Positions 28,085 through 37,934 are shown, numbered from the stretch's first letter. The stretch: DNA of 64,000 bases from Candidatus Pacearchaeota archaeon (GCA_018221305.1 JAAOYK010000056.1:26863-90862); one strand, 5' to 3'. Notes: generated by a model not told the origin, from the sequence alone. Translations and numbers: made by a program.

Positions 28085-28780
28085 TTAATTTATTATTTTT
28101 GATCTTGATGCGATTTTGTTAATTATAAAACGTGAGCCGACAAATTCAGAAATTACTGCAGAAATTATCAACTCGCCTACTGCTGCTTTGAACAAACCTC
28201 CAATGACTGGAATTCTTGCTTCTTTCGAAAATTTATTTATCACTTCGGTTATCTCATCTTGTGTAAGCGTGATCTGGGTTGTATTTATTTTGTTATGGCG
28301 TTTTAATAAAACATTTCTTCCCGGGCCGGAACATTCAATAGTCTGGACTGCTGGATCTTTTATTAATAATTCTATTCTTCCTAAATTAAATCCGCTTGGT
28401 CTTGGCGCTGATTGAGGCCTTACATTTATTTTTACTTTTTGGCCTTGGGGTGGTTTCTTTTTAATATGTCTTGCGATAATTTCTTTAATGTCTTTAAGTC
28501 TTGGGCCTTTTTTCTTAGGCTGTTTTGGGCGGCTTGCAGCTTGTTGCATTTCTACCTTGCTCATTGCTTGATATGGGGATGGTTTAAAGTTTGGTGCTTG
28601 AATTATTTTTCTAAATGCATCTTCAGGACTTATATTGGGTGTTATAAACCTTTGTCGAAGTTTTGCTGATTCTATTCTTCTTTTTGTATCGAGCCTGTGA
28701 GAAACTTCTTTTAAGATCATTGATGTAAATTCTGTTAGAAAAACTATTCTTTCCTCTTTTTTTACTTGTTTTAATCCCAT
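28085..28780 (-). CDS. protein resembling only the N-terminal domain of a type II/IV secretion (FlaI/GspE-like) ATPase; no ATPase domain
   Basis: DPAVQTIECSGPGRNVLLKRHNKINTTQITLTQDEITEVINKF...GSRFII parallels the GspE/FlaI N-domain (DP.V.EI.VNG...V...G...T....E.......DGSR.N). The ORF ends before any Walker A. Confidence 0.4.
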   Translation of the reverse strand: MGLKQVKKEERIVFLTEFTSMILKEVSHRLDTKRRIESAKLRQRFITPNISPEDAFRKIIQAPNFKPSPYQAMSKVEMQQAASRPKQPKKKGPRLKDIKEIIARHIKKKPPQGQKVKINVRPQSAPRPSGFNLGRIELLIKDPAVQTIECSGPGRNVLLKRHNKINTTQITLTQDEITEVINKFSKEARIPVIGGLFKAAVGELIISAVISEFVGSRFIINKIASRSKIIN

Positions 28781-29284
28781 TTAATATCTTGGAAGGGGCC
28801 GTGATTTAAACATCTGACCAAACTTTGATTTTTGAGATTGTTGCATTTGTTGTTGCGGTTGTATTCTTTGCGGGATTTGCTGTGATTGTGCGGTAGATAA
28901 TGCTTTATTTTTAATCTTTTCTTCCATTAACATTATTCCTTTAGCAATTGTTTTATTTTGATCTAATAAACTATCTAATTTTGATAAGAAATCTTTGTCT
29001 ACTTGAGATTGTTGTTGTACTTCTTCTTTTTTGTCAGAATATTTTTCTGCGAAACTTTTAGCAGAAATTTCAAACAATTGTAGCATCTTTGTAATGTTTC
29101 CAGATAATTCATCAAATTTTATTGATAAATTTGTAAGAACTCTTTGTAAGTTTATGAAGTTGTCAATAAGTGCTCGTTGCATGTCTTCATCTTTTAATCT
29201 TTTTTTAATTGGCTCTTTTTTTACAATATTCTTTTTAGTGACGACTTTCTTTGTTTTTATTGTTTTTACCTCTTCTTGTGCCAT
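28781..29284 (-). CDS. coiled-coil hypothetical protein with a Q-rich C-terminus
   Basis: Abuts the previous gene head-to-tail, suggesting an operon. Heptad-like K/E/L pattern. Confidence 0.4.
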   Translation of the reverse strand: MAQEEVKTIKTKKVVTKKNIVKKEPIKKRLKDEDMQRALIDNFINLQRVLTNLSIKFDELSGNITKMLQLFEISAKSFAEKYSDKKEEVQQQSQVDKDFLSKLDSLLDQNKTIAKGIMLMEEKIKNKALSTAQSQQIPQRIQPQQQMQQSQKSKFGQMFKSRPLPRY

Positions 29285-29324
29285 GTGAAAATTAAGAATG
29301 TGTAATTTATAAAGATTTGGGGTT

Positions 29325-30134
29325 TTGGCTAATCTTTATAAAAAACTTTTAACATGTATTTTGATGATATCAATAATTAAAGCTATAATTTTAAGTATTG
29401 TGCAAGGAATTACTGAATGGTTACCGATTAGTAGCTCTGGACATTTGGCACTTTTTGGACATTTTTTCAGTTTCCAGGATTTGCCTTTTGATATTTTCCT
29501 GCATTTTGCAAGCGTTTTGGCTGTGATTGTTATTTTTTGGAAAGATATAATAAAAATTTGTGATATCCGACAAAAGGGGAATGTACGGTTTATTTTGTTA
29601 ATGCTTCTTGCATTGATTCCTGCAGTGGTTGTTGGTATCTTTTTCAGTGAAGTGATTAGTGGCTTTTTTAGCAATTTGTTTTACTTAGGGCTATTTTTTA
29701 TATTAAGCGGGGTCATTGTTTATTCTACAAAATTTGTCAAACCTTCAAAAAAAAGAATTAGTTGGCTTGATTCCTTATTTATTGGAATCTTTCAGGCCTT
29801 AGCAATATTGCCAGGGATTTCTAGGTCTGGAAGTACGATTAGTGCTGGGCTTTTTCGTGGAATAAAAAAAGATGATGTGATACGGTTCTCCTTTTTAATG
29901 TCAATACCCTTAATCCTCGGCGCATCTATAATGGAAGCAAAAAGTATTGTTTTTGGAAATATTGATTATCTGATCTTAGCAGTTAGCTTTATTGTAACCT
30001 TTTTTATTAGCTTATTTGCAATAAGGATTTTGTTAAAAATAATTCGTGGCGGAAGATTTTATTTATTTGGGTTGTATAATCTGCTTCTTGGAATTTTTAT
30101 TTTAGTCTGGAAACTTCTTGTTTCATTTGTTTAG
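29325..30134 (+). CDS. uppP: undecaprenyl-diphosphatase (BacA/UppP)
   Basis: SIVQGITEWLPISSSGHL matches the UppP signature EWLPISSSGH. About 8 TM helices, 269 aa. Confidence 0.85.
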   Translation: MANLYKKLLTCILMISIIKAIILSIVQGITEWLPISSSGHLALFGHFFSFQDLPFDIFLHFASVLAVIVIFWKDIIKICDIRQKGNVRFILLMLLALIPAVVVGIFFSEVISGFFSNLFYLGLFFILSGVIVYSTKFVKPSKKRISWLDSLFIGIFQALAILPGISRSGSTISAGLFRGIKKDDVIRFSFLMSIPLILGASIMEAKSIVFGNIDYLILAVSFIVTFFISLFAIRILLKIIRGGRFYLFGLYNLLLGIFILVWKLLVSFV

Positions 30135-30149
30135 AAAATTTGATAAATA

Positions 30150-30220
30150 TGGGCACGGGGAGAATCGAACTCCCAGCTGAAGGTCTGGAGCCCTCTGTTT
30201 TACCACTAAACTACGCACCC
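30150..30220 (-). tRNA. tRNA-Trp (anticodon CCA)
   Basis: Reverse strand: acceptor GGGTGCG/CGTGCCC, D-arm GTTT..AAAC, anticodon stem GAGGG/CCTTC with loop CTCCAGA, T-arm GGGAGTTCGATTCTCCC. Confidence 0.75.
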
Positions 30221-30251
30221 ATTTGCGTATATTATTATAGAAATATTATTT

Positions 30252-30260
30252 CTTTTAAAG
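30252..30260 (-). promoter_or_regulatory. TATA-like ctttaaaag about 32-40 nt upstream of tRNA-Trp
   Basis: Followed by an AT-rich tataataatata block just upstream of the tRNA. Confidence 0.3.
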
Positions 30261-30279
30261 TTATGCTTTTTTAGAATGA

Positions 30280-30984
30280 TTAAAGCTTAATTAACTGTTT
30301 TATTTCTTCCATTGATACTGAGCATCCTTTGTATTTTATCCCATAAAGCATTGCTCTATATGCTTTTGGATCTTTTAACTGAATTAAATTAAGTTTGTTG
30401 GCTATGTATATTAGTTCACTTGACCTAATTACTTTGAATCCATCAAAATAATTATAGTTTTTTTTGTTTCCTGTAACTTTTGTATGCAGTTTGTTTTCTA
30501 AAATTTGGCGGGCGCTTTCGGGATTTTCAACAAGCATTCTTGCGGTTCGTTCATCAATCGCTAAAACGCTTTCATCTTTTAATACGAACTCTAGTGCAAA
30601 AGCTGCTGCCTCTCCTTTATCTAAGATGTGGATGTTTCGCTTTTTTGCCCGAAACATTGTGTTTGAAATATTTAATATTTCATCACGTTTCTTTTTTAAT
30701 TGACTAACTTGTTCTGGGGTAAGTTCTGCATGTTTAATTATTCCGCGATTAAACAAGTCACGAAGGCGTAATGCTCCAAGTTCAAAACGTTTAATTTTTG
30801 AAGGATGGTCAATTATTTCTTCTTTGACTTCTTTTGTTATTAAAAATTCTCCTGGAAAATTTTCTTTCAATCTTTCCAGTAATGGTAAAAGCCCGTTCAT
30901 TGAAAAGTTTATTAACGGTCCTGCATCAAATATTATGTATCTTTTTTGTGTCATTTTATTTAAGTTTTTTTGAATAAAACGCAA
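30280..30984 (-). CDS. PIN-domain protein (N-terminal PIN plus helical C-terminal domain)
   Basis: IIFDAGPLINF is typical of the first PIN acidic motif. 234 aa. Confidence 0.45.
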   Translation of the reverse strand: MRFIQKNLNKMTQKRYIIFDAGPLINFSMNGLLPLLERLKENFPGEFLITKEVKEEIIDHPSKIKRFELGALRLRDLFNRGIIKHAELTPEQVSQLKKKRDEILNISNTMFRAKKRNIHILDKGEAAAFALEFVLKDESVLAIDERTARMLVENPESARQILENKLHTKVTGNKKNYNYFDGFKVIRSSELIYIANKLNLIQLKDPKAYRAMLYGIKYKGCSVSMEEIKQLIKL

Positions 30985-31408
30985 TAAGTTTTTGTTTTTT
31001 GTAGCCTGTTTTTTCTACAAGTTTTTGCATTCGTTTATTTGTTATGATAACTTCAATTTCTATTTGACATTTTTGTTCTTGTTTTGCTAACTGTTCTATG
31101 TGTGCTAGCAGTTTTTGTCCAAGGCCTTGTCCTTGGTGTTGTTTTTTGACGATTAGTGAATTGATGTAAATATAATTTTTCCAAAATTGTGCTAAAAGTG
31201 CTGCAACAATTATTTTATCTTCTTCATAAACAATCATTTTGCTTACGTCTTTTTTTATGTAATCTTTTATATCTTCTATGTCGTATTCTTCTCTGTTTTC
31301 ATTGTTGCCTGCAATATTTGGGTCACTGTTAAATAATTCTAATATTTCTTGTGCGTCTTTTTTCCGTGCATCTCTTAACATTTTATTTTCTAAATATCTC
31401 CTCAACAA
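30956..31408 (-). CDS. GNAT-family N-acetyltransferase
   Basis: QGQGLGQKLLAHIEQLAKQ (Q/RxxGxG/A acetyl-CoA motif) and a C-terminal tail typical of GNAT. Confidence 0.65.
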   Translation of the reverse strand: MLRRYLENKMLRDARKKDAQEILELFNSDPNIAGNNENREEYDIEDIKDYIKKDVSKMIVYEEDKIIVAALLAQFWKNYIYINSLIVKKQHQGQGLGQKLLAHIEQLAKQEQKCQIEIEVIITNKRMQKLVEKTGYKKQKLIAFYSKKLK

Positions 31409-31946
31409 TTTTTATGCGATCTTTTATTGACATTGTAACTGAAAGGTTTACATCTGCAACCCCTGTTTTTCCACTATATTCTGCTAATTCCCAAAGTGAT
31501 ACTCCTAGAATCTTTGCAGTCTTTTCCATAGAAATTCCATGTTCGTAAAGGCGGGAAGCTTTGTTAATTTTTGCTCGCCGGAACACATCTTCTATATATT
31601 TTTTTAATCTGCCTGACAACTTTTCTATTAATTCTCTGATAAATGATATTTCTGTTCTAAATGCTTGAATGTTATCTTTTTCTAAAGCTTCTATAGAATT
31701 GTTTAATGCTTTGATATAACTGGAATAAAAACCTTGCCAATTTTTTTCTTGTTTATAACTGTCTCTTTCTATTAGTTTGCTTAAAGAATAAATTATAACT
31801 GCAACAGAAATTATGTCTGGGTCTTGATGAATTGACGAAGAATGAAGAATCTCTTCACTTAATTGTTTTACTTTTACATAATCTTGATTTGTAAGTGCTG
31901 AATTTACCTTTTTTAACACTTTTAAAACATGTGATTTTTCTTCCAT
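31383..31946 (-). CDS. hypothetical protein with a C-terminal HTH
   Basis: GISMEKTAKILGVSLWELAEYSGKTG is helix-turn-helix-like. Confidence 0.4.
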   Translation of the reverse strand: MEEKSHVLKVLKKVNSALTNQDYVKVKQLSEEILHSSSIHQDPDIISVAVIIYSLSKLIERDSYKQEKNWQGFYSSYIKALNNSIEALEKDNIQAFRTEISFIRELIEKLSGRLKKYIEDVFRRAKINKASRLYEHGISMEKTAKILGVSLWELAEYSGKTGVADVNLSVTMSIKDRIKIVEEIFRK

Positions 31947-32105
31947 ATATTGGTTAAAGAAATATGATTATTTAAAAATATGCCTTAGGTTTATAAGGGA
32001 AATCAGGGTCTTGTACTTTTACACTAAATCTTTCCAGATGGGTGCACTTTTTCATTATTTTTGGGGTTGAGTTAATTATTTAAGCATTATCCTTTTCTAA
32101 AATAT

Positions 32106-32492
32106 ATGAAAATAATATTAGATACTAATTTTCTTATATATTGTGCTAAAGAAAAATTAGATTATTTAGAAAATTTGCAAAATTTGCTTAATGAAGATTT
32201 TGAATTAGTTGTGCCTTTGCAAGTTATTAAGGAACTAAAAATGCTGCGTGATGATAAGCTTAAAAAAGTTAAAGGGAAAGATAAAGAAGCTTGTAGCTTG
32301 GCTTTAAAGTTATTAGACGCAAATAACGTCAAATCTGTAAAAGTTAAGGGTGATACTGTCGATGAAGGGATTATTAATCTTGCTAATGAGGGTAAGGGAA
32401 ATATTGTCTGTACATTAGACCGGGGTATGCGAAAGATTTTGCCTCGTGTTATATTGCTCAATAAAAATCGTCAGTTGATTGTTGCTAGATAA
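32106..32492 (+). CDS. small PIN-domain nuclease (Fcf1/COG1412-like) upstream of rpoE
   Basis: IILDTNFLIY...NIVCTLDRGMRK carries the PIN acidic residues. The PIN, RpoE', Spt4, S24e, S27ae gene order is conserved across archaea. Confidence 0.5.
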   Translation: MKIILDTNFLIYCAKEKLDYLENLQNLLNEDFELVVPLQVIKELKMLRDDKLKKVKGKDKEACSLALKLLDANNVKSVKVKGDTVDEGIINLANEGKGNIVCTLDRGMRKILPRVILLNKNRQLIVAR

Positions 32493-32548
32493 AGATATGT
32501 GACGCTTGTAGTAAGCTTTATAAAGCCAAATTTTTTATTAAAATTAAC

Positions 32549-33136
32549 ATGTTCTATATAGTTGAAGTTGAGGATTATGTAAGGGTCGAGCCAAAGTTAT
32601 TTGGTCTTAAAACTAGCGATGCAGTTGCAAAACAGTTGCAAGAGACTTATTTTGATTATCATGATAAAGAGATTGGGGAGGTAATTGGTGTTATTTCTGT
32701 CTTAGAAGTTGGCGATGGAATAATCATTCCTGGAGATGGTGCTGCGTATTATAATTCACGATTTAAATTAATTGTATGGAAACCTGAATTGCAAGAATTA
32801 GCTTTTGGAATTGTTAATGAAATCACTAATTTTGGAGCTTTTATGAATCTTGGTGTTATGAGGGGTATGATCCATATTAGTCAAACAATGGATGATTATG
32901 TTAGTTTTTCAACAACTAATACTTTACTTGGTAAGGATAGTAAAAAGGTTTTAAAGAGGGGTGACGCTTGCTTAGCTCGTGTTGTAGCATTATCTTATAA
33001 GGGTGATAACCCTAAAATCGGTCTTACTATGAGGCAACCTGGACTTGGGAAACTTGATTGGATTAAAGAAGAAAAAAAGAAGGTTTTAGCATCTATGAAG
33101 AAAGTGGCAAAACCTAAATCTGGAGATAAAAAATAA
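32549..33136 (+). CDS. rpoE: DNA-directed RNA polymerase subunit E' (Rpb7 homologue)
   Basis: N-terminal Rpb7-like fold (FYIVEVEDYVRVEPKLFG) and an S1 domain (GEVIGVISVLEVGDGIII...). Confidence 0.8.
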   Translation: MFYIVEVEDYVRVEPKLFGLKTSDAVAKQLQETYFDYHDKEIGEVIGVISVLEVGDGIIIPGDGAAYYNSRFKLIVWKPELQELAFGIVNEITNFGAFMNLGVMRGMIHISQTMDDYVSFSTTNTLLGKDSKKVLKRGDACLARVVALSYKGDNPKIGLTMRQPGLGKLDWIKEEKKKVLASMKKVAKPKSGDKK

Positions 33137-33137
33137 A

Positions 33138-33323
33138 ATGGCAAAGGAAAAAGCATGTAAGGGATGTAAGTTAATTTATACTGGTGATTCTTGTCCTCAT
33201 TGCGCAAAAAAAGATATATCAGATAATTTTAAAGGTAAAGTAGAAATTGTACACCCGGAGAAATCTGTTCTTGCAAAAGAATTAAAGGTTGATAAGAAAG
33301 GGCTTTATGCAATTAAATTATAG
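33138..33323 (+). CDS. spt4: transcription elongation factor Spt4 (RpoE'')
   Basis: 61 aa with a CKGC...CPHC zinc ribbon, immediately after rpoE. Confidence 0.8.
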   Translation: MAKEKACKGCKLIYTGDSCPHCAKKDISDNFKGKVEIVHPEKSVLAKELKVDKKGLYAIKL

Positions 33324-33338
33324 GAATTCTGTAAAAAA

Positions 33339-33758
33339 ATGAAAATTATAACTGAACAACAAAATGATCTTTTTAATCGAATTGAATTAAAAGCTGTAGT
33401 TGAAGCAAAAGTGAATCCTAGTTTCCCTGAGGTTAAAAAACTTCTATCAGAAAAGAAAGGCGTTTCAGAAGATCAGATAGATGTTGAAGGTATTAATGGT
33501 AATTTTGGAAGTCATACTTTTCAGATTTCTGCATGTATCTATGGCACAAAGGAAGATTTAGAAAAAGCAAAACAAACTACAAAAAAACAAAGGGTTGCTG
33601 CAAAAAAGACAAGTGATGAAGATTATAAGACTCAAAAGGAAGCAGAACAAAAACCTGCGGATGATGCTCCTGCTGAAGAAGCGCCTGTTGAAAAAAAGAT
33701 TGAAGAAGAAGTGAAAGATGCTCCTGTTGAAGAAAAAGCTCAAGACGCTCCTGCTTAA
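33339..33758 (+). CDS. rps24e: 30S ribosomal protein S24e with an acidic Ala/Pro/Glu-rich C-terminal extension
   Basis: NDLFNRIELKAVVEA...FGSHTFQISACIYGTKEDL parallels the S24e consensus (NPLLNRRE..F.V.H....FG...T.G.A.IY.S.E.A). Confidence 0.7.
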   Translation: MKIITEQQNDLFNRIELKAVVEAKVNPSFPEVKKLLSEKKGVSEDQIDVEGINGNFGSHTFQISACIYGTKEDLEKAKQTTKKQRVAAKKTSDEDYKTQKEAEQKPADDAPAEEAPVEKKIEEEVKDAPVEEKAQDAPA

Positions 33759-33774
33759 GTTTCTTACAATTTAG

Positions 33775-34062
33775 TTAATTCTTATAAACAATTTTTTGTA
33801 TTAAAAATGTTGTCCACATTATACCGTTAAAACTGCAGACCAGGCCTGAATATGTAAGCCCTAATGTAAGAAACGCTATCCCTGTGGCATATAATCCAAT
33901 TGATGTTAAAACTGAGGTTTGAATCGTTATTGATATTTTTTGAGTTCTGAATCCGTGAAATACTTGTATTATTAATGCGTATGTAAATATTAGGTTTGCT
34001 ACTGTTATTACTAAATCTTGTATAACCATAGATTTTTTAGTTGTGAGAATATTTAAATACAT
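33775..34062 (-). CDS. three-TM membrane protein, possibly PQ-loop/SemiSWEET-like
   Basis: 95 aa, three TM helices, with IQVFHGFRTQKIS weakly resembling a PQ-loop motif. Confidence 0.3.
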   Translation of the reverse strand: MYLNILTTKKSMVIQDLVITVANLIFTYALIIQVFHGFRTQKISITIQTSVLTSIGLYATGIAFLTLGLTYSGLVCSFNGIMWTTFLIQKIVYKN

Positions 34063-34081
34063 ATAGGTTCTATAAAGTAAT

Positions 34082-34342
34082 ATGGTGGGTACTAAGAAAA
34101 AGTCAATGAAGTTTAAGGTTCATAAAGGCGACTTTAAAAAAAGTGTAAAAATGACTGAAAAGGGAATTGGTCAGGAAGTTCATGAGGTCTCAAAAAATAT
34201 TAAAAAAGAGTTTAGTGGATTAAAAAAACTTACAAGAAATCGGAAAAAGATTTTTATTAGGTTGTTGTGGGCTATTGGCGTGTTTGCCATTATTTTGATT
34301 TTGATATATTTTTGGTTTAGGCTTGTTGGTTCTGGTTGGTAA
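34082..34342 (+). CDS. small Lys-rich protein with a C-terminal TM helix
   Basis: 86 aa. Confidence 0.3.
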   Translation: MVGTKKKSMKFKVHKGDFKKSVKMTEKGIGQEVHEVSKNIKKEFSGLKKLTRNRKKIFIRLLWAIGVFAIILILIYFWFRLVGSGW

Positions 34343-34401
34343 CTTTTTTAGTAAGCTTTAAAAAGCTGTAAATTTAGAATAAAATATTACTGTAATACAA
34401 A

Positions 34402-34641
34402 ATGGCTAAAAAGGAAGCAAAAGGAAAAAAACAAAAAAGGAATAAACCTACTTCAAAGAAGTATACAATGTATCGTTTTGAAGGGGATAAAGTTATTCGG
34501 GAAAGATACTGTCCTAGGTGTGGGCCTGGTATTTTTTTGATGAAAGCAAGTAATCGGCTTTATTGCGGTAAATGTCATTATACTGAATTTTTGAGTAAAG
34601 GTGACAAAAAAGAAGAAAAAAAAGAAGAAGAAAAAAAATAA
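34402..34641 (+). CDS. rps27ae: 30S ribosomal protein S27ae
   Basis: C4 zinc ribbon CPRCGPGIF...CGKCHYTEF with a Lys-rich N-terminus, in the classic position after S24e. Confidence 0.85.
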   Translation: MAKKEAKGKKQKRNKPTSKKYTMYRFEGDKVIRERYCPRCGPGIFLMKASNRLYCGKCHYTEFLSKGDKKEEKKEEEKK

Positions 34642-34669
34642 AAAAGAAGAAAGAAAACTAGCTTCTTTC

Positions 34670-35143
34670 TTAAAGTTTTGTTATCCTTTGGAGTGCTACT
34701 GGGTCAACTTTGTCTAAGAACAAGTCGTAGATTCTTCCATTGCCATCTTCTCTTGCTGCTCTAATAACTGCTTCTTTTGGTGTGTTTTCAAGCAATTCTA
34801 TGTTACTGTATGGGGCAAATTCGCCTTCATATGGTTCCTCAGTAAATATCCTGTTTCCTCTTCTATTAATGTTATTGTCTGAGTCTCTTATGTCTGTAAC
34901 TTGTCTTGTATACAGTGTTTCTCCCTCATAAATTCCTACGGTTGTTGAGGGGTTATTAAATCCACCGATGTCCCTGAATCCTTCTGATGCTAGTGAAAGG
35001 GTTACTAAATCACTGTCTGGTATCTTTTTCAGTGAACTAATGGTTGTGCCCTTGTAGTTACATAATCTGTCTGACAAGTATTCTTGTAACTTTGGGAACA
35101 TTTCTATTTCTTTAAGCATTTCAGTTTGATTTTTTTGTGTCAT
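34670..35143 (-). CDS. hypothetical protein
   Basis: 157 aa, no motif recognised. Confidence 0.4.
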   Translation of the reverse strand: MTQKNQTEMLKEIEMFPKLQEYLSDRLCNYKGTTISSLKKIPDSDLVTLSLASEGFRDIGGFNNPSTTVGIYEGETLYTRQVTDIRDSDNNINRRGNRIFTEEPYEGEFAPYSNIELLENTPKEAVIRAAREDGNGRIYDLFLDKVDPVALQRITKL

Positions 35144-35325
35144 TTTTTGTTTTTACCTCCTTACAATCAACTCTTAAATTTGACTGTCTTTAATCACTTT
35201 GTAGTGACTACATATAATATGTAAATGAACTATAATAAAGATTCTATTGATTTTTTATCCTTTTTACGATAGATTTATAAATATTACTTAATTATGATAA
35301 ATATGCGCTAAAATCTGGTTATAAC

Positions 35326-36291
35326 ATGGAAATAAAACTAACAAAGGCTGATAAAATAATTTTAAGGAATGTTGAGTATAATGCTCGAATCTTTGAAAAA
35401 GAATTGGCACGGAAATGTAATCTGTCAAAGGATAGTATCCGTTATAGGATCAATAGATTGAAAAAATTGGGGGTGATTACTGGAACTGGGGCATTTATTG
35501 ATTATACTGCCTTGGGTTATAGTTCTTATAAATTATACTTAAAATTAAGTGCAACTAATGAGCAGAAAGAAGAATTAAGAAAATATCTTGGAACTCAAAA
35601 GCAGATTTTTGCCATCTTTGAATCGAGTGGGAATTGGGATATTGCAATAGCTGTTTTTGCAAAAACAAGGGGAGAATACTATGAATTTGAGAATAATCTT
35701 TTATCAAAATTTGGAAACTTGATTTATTCAAAAGACTTTTGTTTAATGATTGATGCTGTGCTTTTGCAAAATAATTTGATTATTCATGAAAATCAAAGGG
35801 ATGAGTTTCCTGTTTGGGGTGGGAAAATTGTTGATGTTGATGCTAAGGATAAAATTTTGATGAATGAATTGCATCGGGACGGAAAACAAAATTTATTAGA
35901 TCTTGGTGGGCGTGCTAAGCTCAGTATTGATTCTGTAAGTAGACGAATAAAACGTCTTGTAAAATCTAAAGTGATTCCTTTTTTTTCTACGTCGATAAAC
36001 TATAATAAATTAGGCTTTGAGAAATATAAGTTGTTTATTTATGTTAAAAATTATTCTAATGATGTTGAAGAAAAAATACTTGATTTTTTAAGGACTAATA
36101 AACACACGTTGAATTATATTAAGATGATCGGTCCCTGGAAATTAGAGGTTGAGTTTTTGGTAAAGAATCATGATGAATTTGAAAACATTCTTTCATTGAT
36201 TCAAGAGAATTTTCCAGACATAATCCAAAAACTAGAATTTTCAATATTTAGAAATGAGGTTTGGTTTCCTTGTGAGAAGTTGCTTGTCTAG
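35326..36291 (+). CDS. tandem Lrp/AsnC-like (double wHTH plus RAM-like) transcription regulator
   Basis: Two repeats of the Lrp-type HTH (KADKIILRNVEYNARIFEKELARKCNLSKDSIRYRINRLKKLGVI and KDKILMNELHRDGKQNLLDLGGRAKLSIDSVSRRIKRLVKSKVI). Paralogue of 56933..57904. Confidence 0.5.
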   Translation: MEIKLTKADKIILRNVEYNARIFEKELARKCNLSKDSIRYRINRLKKLGVITGTGAFIDYTALGYSSYKLYLKLSATNEQKEELRKYLGTQKQIFAIFESSGNWDIAIAVFAKTRGEYYEFENNLLSKFGNLIYSKDFCLMIDAVLLQNNLIIHENQRDEFPVWGGKIVDVDAKDKILMNELHRDGKQNLLDLGGRAKLSIDSVSRRIKRLVKSKVIPFFSTSINYNKLGFEKYKLFIYVKNYSNDVEEKILDFLRTNKHTLNYIKMIGPWKLEVEFLVKNHDEFENILSLIQENFPDIIQKLEFSIFRNEVWFPCEKLLV

Positions 36292-36355
36292 TTTTGATGA
36301 GTTTATGAAATTCTGTGAAAGATAAATTTATATATTAAAAGAACTAATATTTAAC

Positions 36356-36553
36356 ATGGGTGATGGGGTAAAAAGTTTTATGAATGTCCTTTATTATGTA
36401 GGGACGATACTTTTTATAGTATATACAATATTTGTATTTCGTGAGACTTATATTTTATATGGAATGTTTAGTACAAACTTTTTAGTTAGATTGATATTGC
36501 ATTTATTCTTAATAATAATCTTAATTTATTCTATTTTTAAGAATAGAAAATAA
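36356..36553 (+). CDS. small hydrophobic protein
   Basis: 65 aa, two TM helices. Could be spurious in AT-rich DNA. Confidence 0.25.
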   Translation: MGDGVKSFMNVLYYVGTILFIVYTIFVFRETYILYGMFSTNFLVRLILHLFLIIILIYSIFKNRK

Positions 36554-36887
36554 AAAAAGAGTAAATTTTTTAGTAGTGCCTTATTTTAGAAAGGATTGCT
36601 TTATTTTAATATACTCTTTTTTTCTTATAAGAAGTATGACTTAATAATCTGCGAGTTTCTCAACCCGGGAGATGAAACCCTAGAGGAGCCGGTGTCATGT
36701 CATAAATGAAATGTCCTGACTCTTCTGGGGAAAAAGAGGTGATAAAATATATAATTAAAACTAATATATAAAGCTTTCGGTTTGTTGTAACTGTTGAATG
36801 ACAGCACATATATGGTGTATTTTAGTATACTATTTATGGTCTATTTATGATAAAAGACTTTAAAAACATGTGGGATTTTTCTAATGA

Positions 36888-37934
36888 ATGGATTTTGATG
36901 CACAAATAAAAGAGATGACTCAAGATAATAGTGTCGAGGAAGTTCTTACAGATAAAGAATTAGTCGAAAAAGTTGGACAAAATCAAATCTATGATATTAT
37001 TCTTAGTAGAAAGCCTGATTGGCAGTCAATAATTTATGATTTAATACATACTGAGCAGCTTGATCCTTGGGATGTTGATTTGGTTATTCTTACTAATAAA
37101 TATTTTGAAAGGCTTCATGAAATCGAAGAGGCAGACTTTTATGTTTCAAGCAAGGTTTTGTTTGCAGCAGCATTATTGCTTAGAATAAAATCTGAATTCT
37201 TGTTAAATAAGCATCTTAAAAGTATTGATGCCATACTTTTTGGTAAGCCTGCAGAAGAGAAATATGTTGTAGAACGTATTGAAATTGATGAAAATGAGTT
37301 ACCAATTCTTATTCCTAAAACCCCTTTGCCAAGATCGCGAAGAGTTACACTCCCTGAGCTGTTAACTGCACTTGGAAAGGCGATAAATACTGAATCTAGA
37401 AGAATTAAAAGAGAAGTCGCAGTAAAACGGGCAGAAAAATTATCTGAAGTTGATTTCCCAAAATTTAGAAAAATTGATTTAAAAGATCGAATAAAGCAAT
37501 TTTATGCAAAAGTTTTAACCTCTATTAGAAAGAAAGGTACGAACCCTGAAAAACATTTGAACAAAATAGGTTTTACAGAACTTTCTGGAAATGAGCGAGA
37601 TGAAAAACTTGCATGTTTTTTGCCGGTTCTTCATCTTAGTAATAACCAGCGATTATGGTTAGAACAAGATGGGCATTTAGAAGAAATTTGGGTATATCTT
37701 TATCAATATTTTAAAAAGAATAAGGATCAGTTTATTGAAGAATTAGAAGAAGATATTGAATCTATGAAACAGGAATTAGGGCAAGCTACTGGTAAGGAGA
37801 TAACAAAAAATGAAGAAGAAAGTATGGCAAAAGAAATTGCTAGTGAGTTAATTGAAGATTTGGATAAAGAAATTAAAGATGTTGAAAAGGAAGAAAAGAT
37901 TGATGAGCTTACTGGTTTTAGTAATGAGCAATAA
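36888..37934 (+). CDS. scpA: segregation and condensation protein A (ScpA kleisin)-like
   Basis: DPWDVDLVILTNKYFERLHE...SKVLFAAALLLRIKSEFLL matches the ScpA N-terminal signature (DPWDIDI...AA.LL.IKS..LL). Acidic C-terminal winged helix. Confidence 0.55.
   Translation: MDFDAQIKEMTQDNSVEEVLTDKELVEKVGQNQIYDIILSRKPDWQSIIYDLIHTEQLDPWDVDLVILTNKYFERLHEIEEADFYVSSKVLFAAALLLRIKSEFLLNKHLKSIDAILFGKPAEEKYVVERIEIDENELPILIPKTPLPRSRRVTLPELLTALGKAINTESRRIKREVAVKRAEKLSEVDFPKFRKIDLKDRIKQFYAKVLTSIRKKGTNPEKHLNKIGFTELSGNERDEKLACFLPVLHLSNNQRLWLEQDGHLEEIWVYLYQYFKKNKDQFIEELEEDIESMKQELGQATGKEITKNEEESMAKEIASELIEDLDKEIKDVEKEEKIDELTGFSNEQ

Noticed and set aside
36680-36725. Possible C/D-box sRNA (gagatgaaa ... cctga) upstream of scpA
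   Set aside because: The C box lacks the canonical RUGAUGA (only GATGAA) and no C'/D' boxes are convincing. It may still be worth an Rfam scan.
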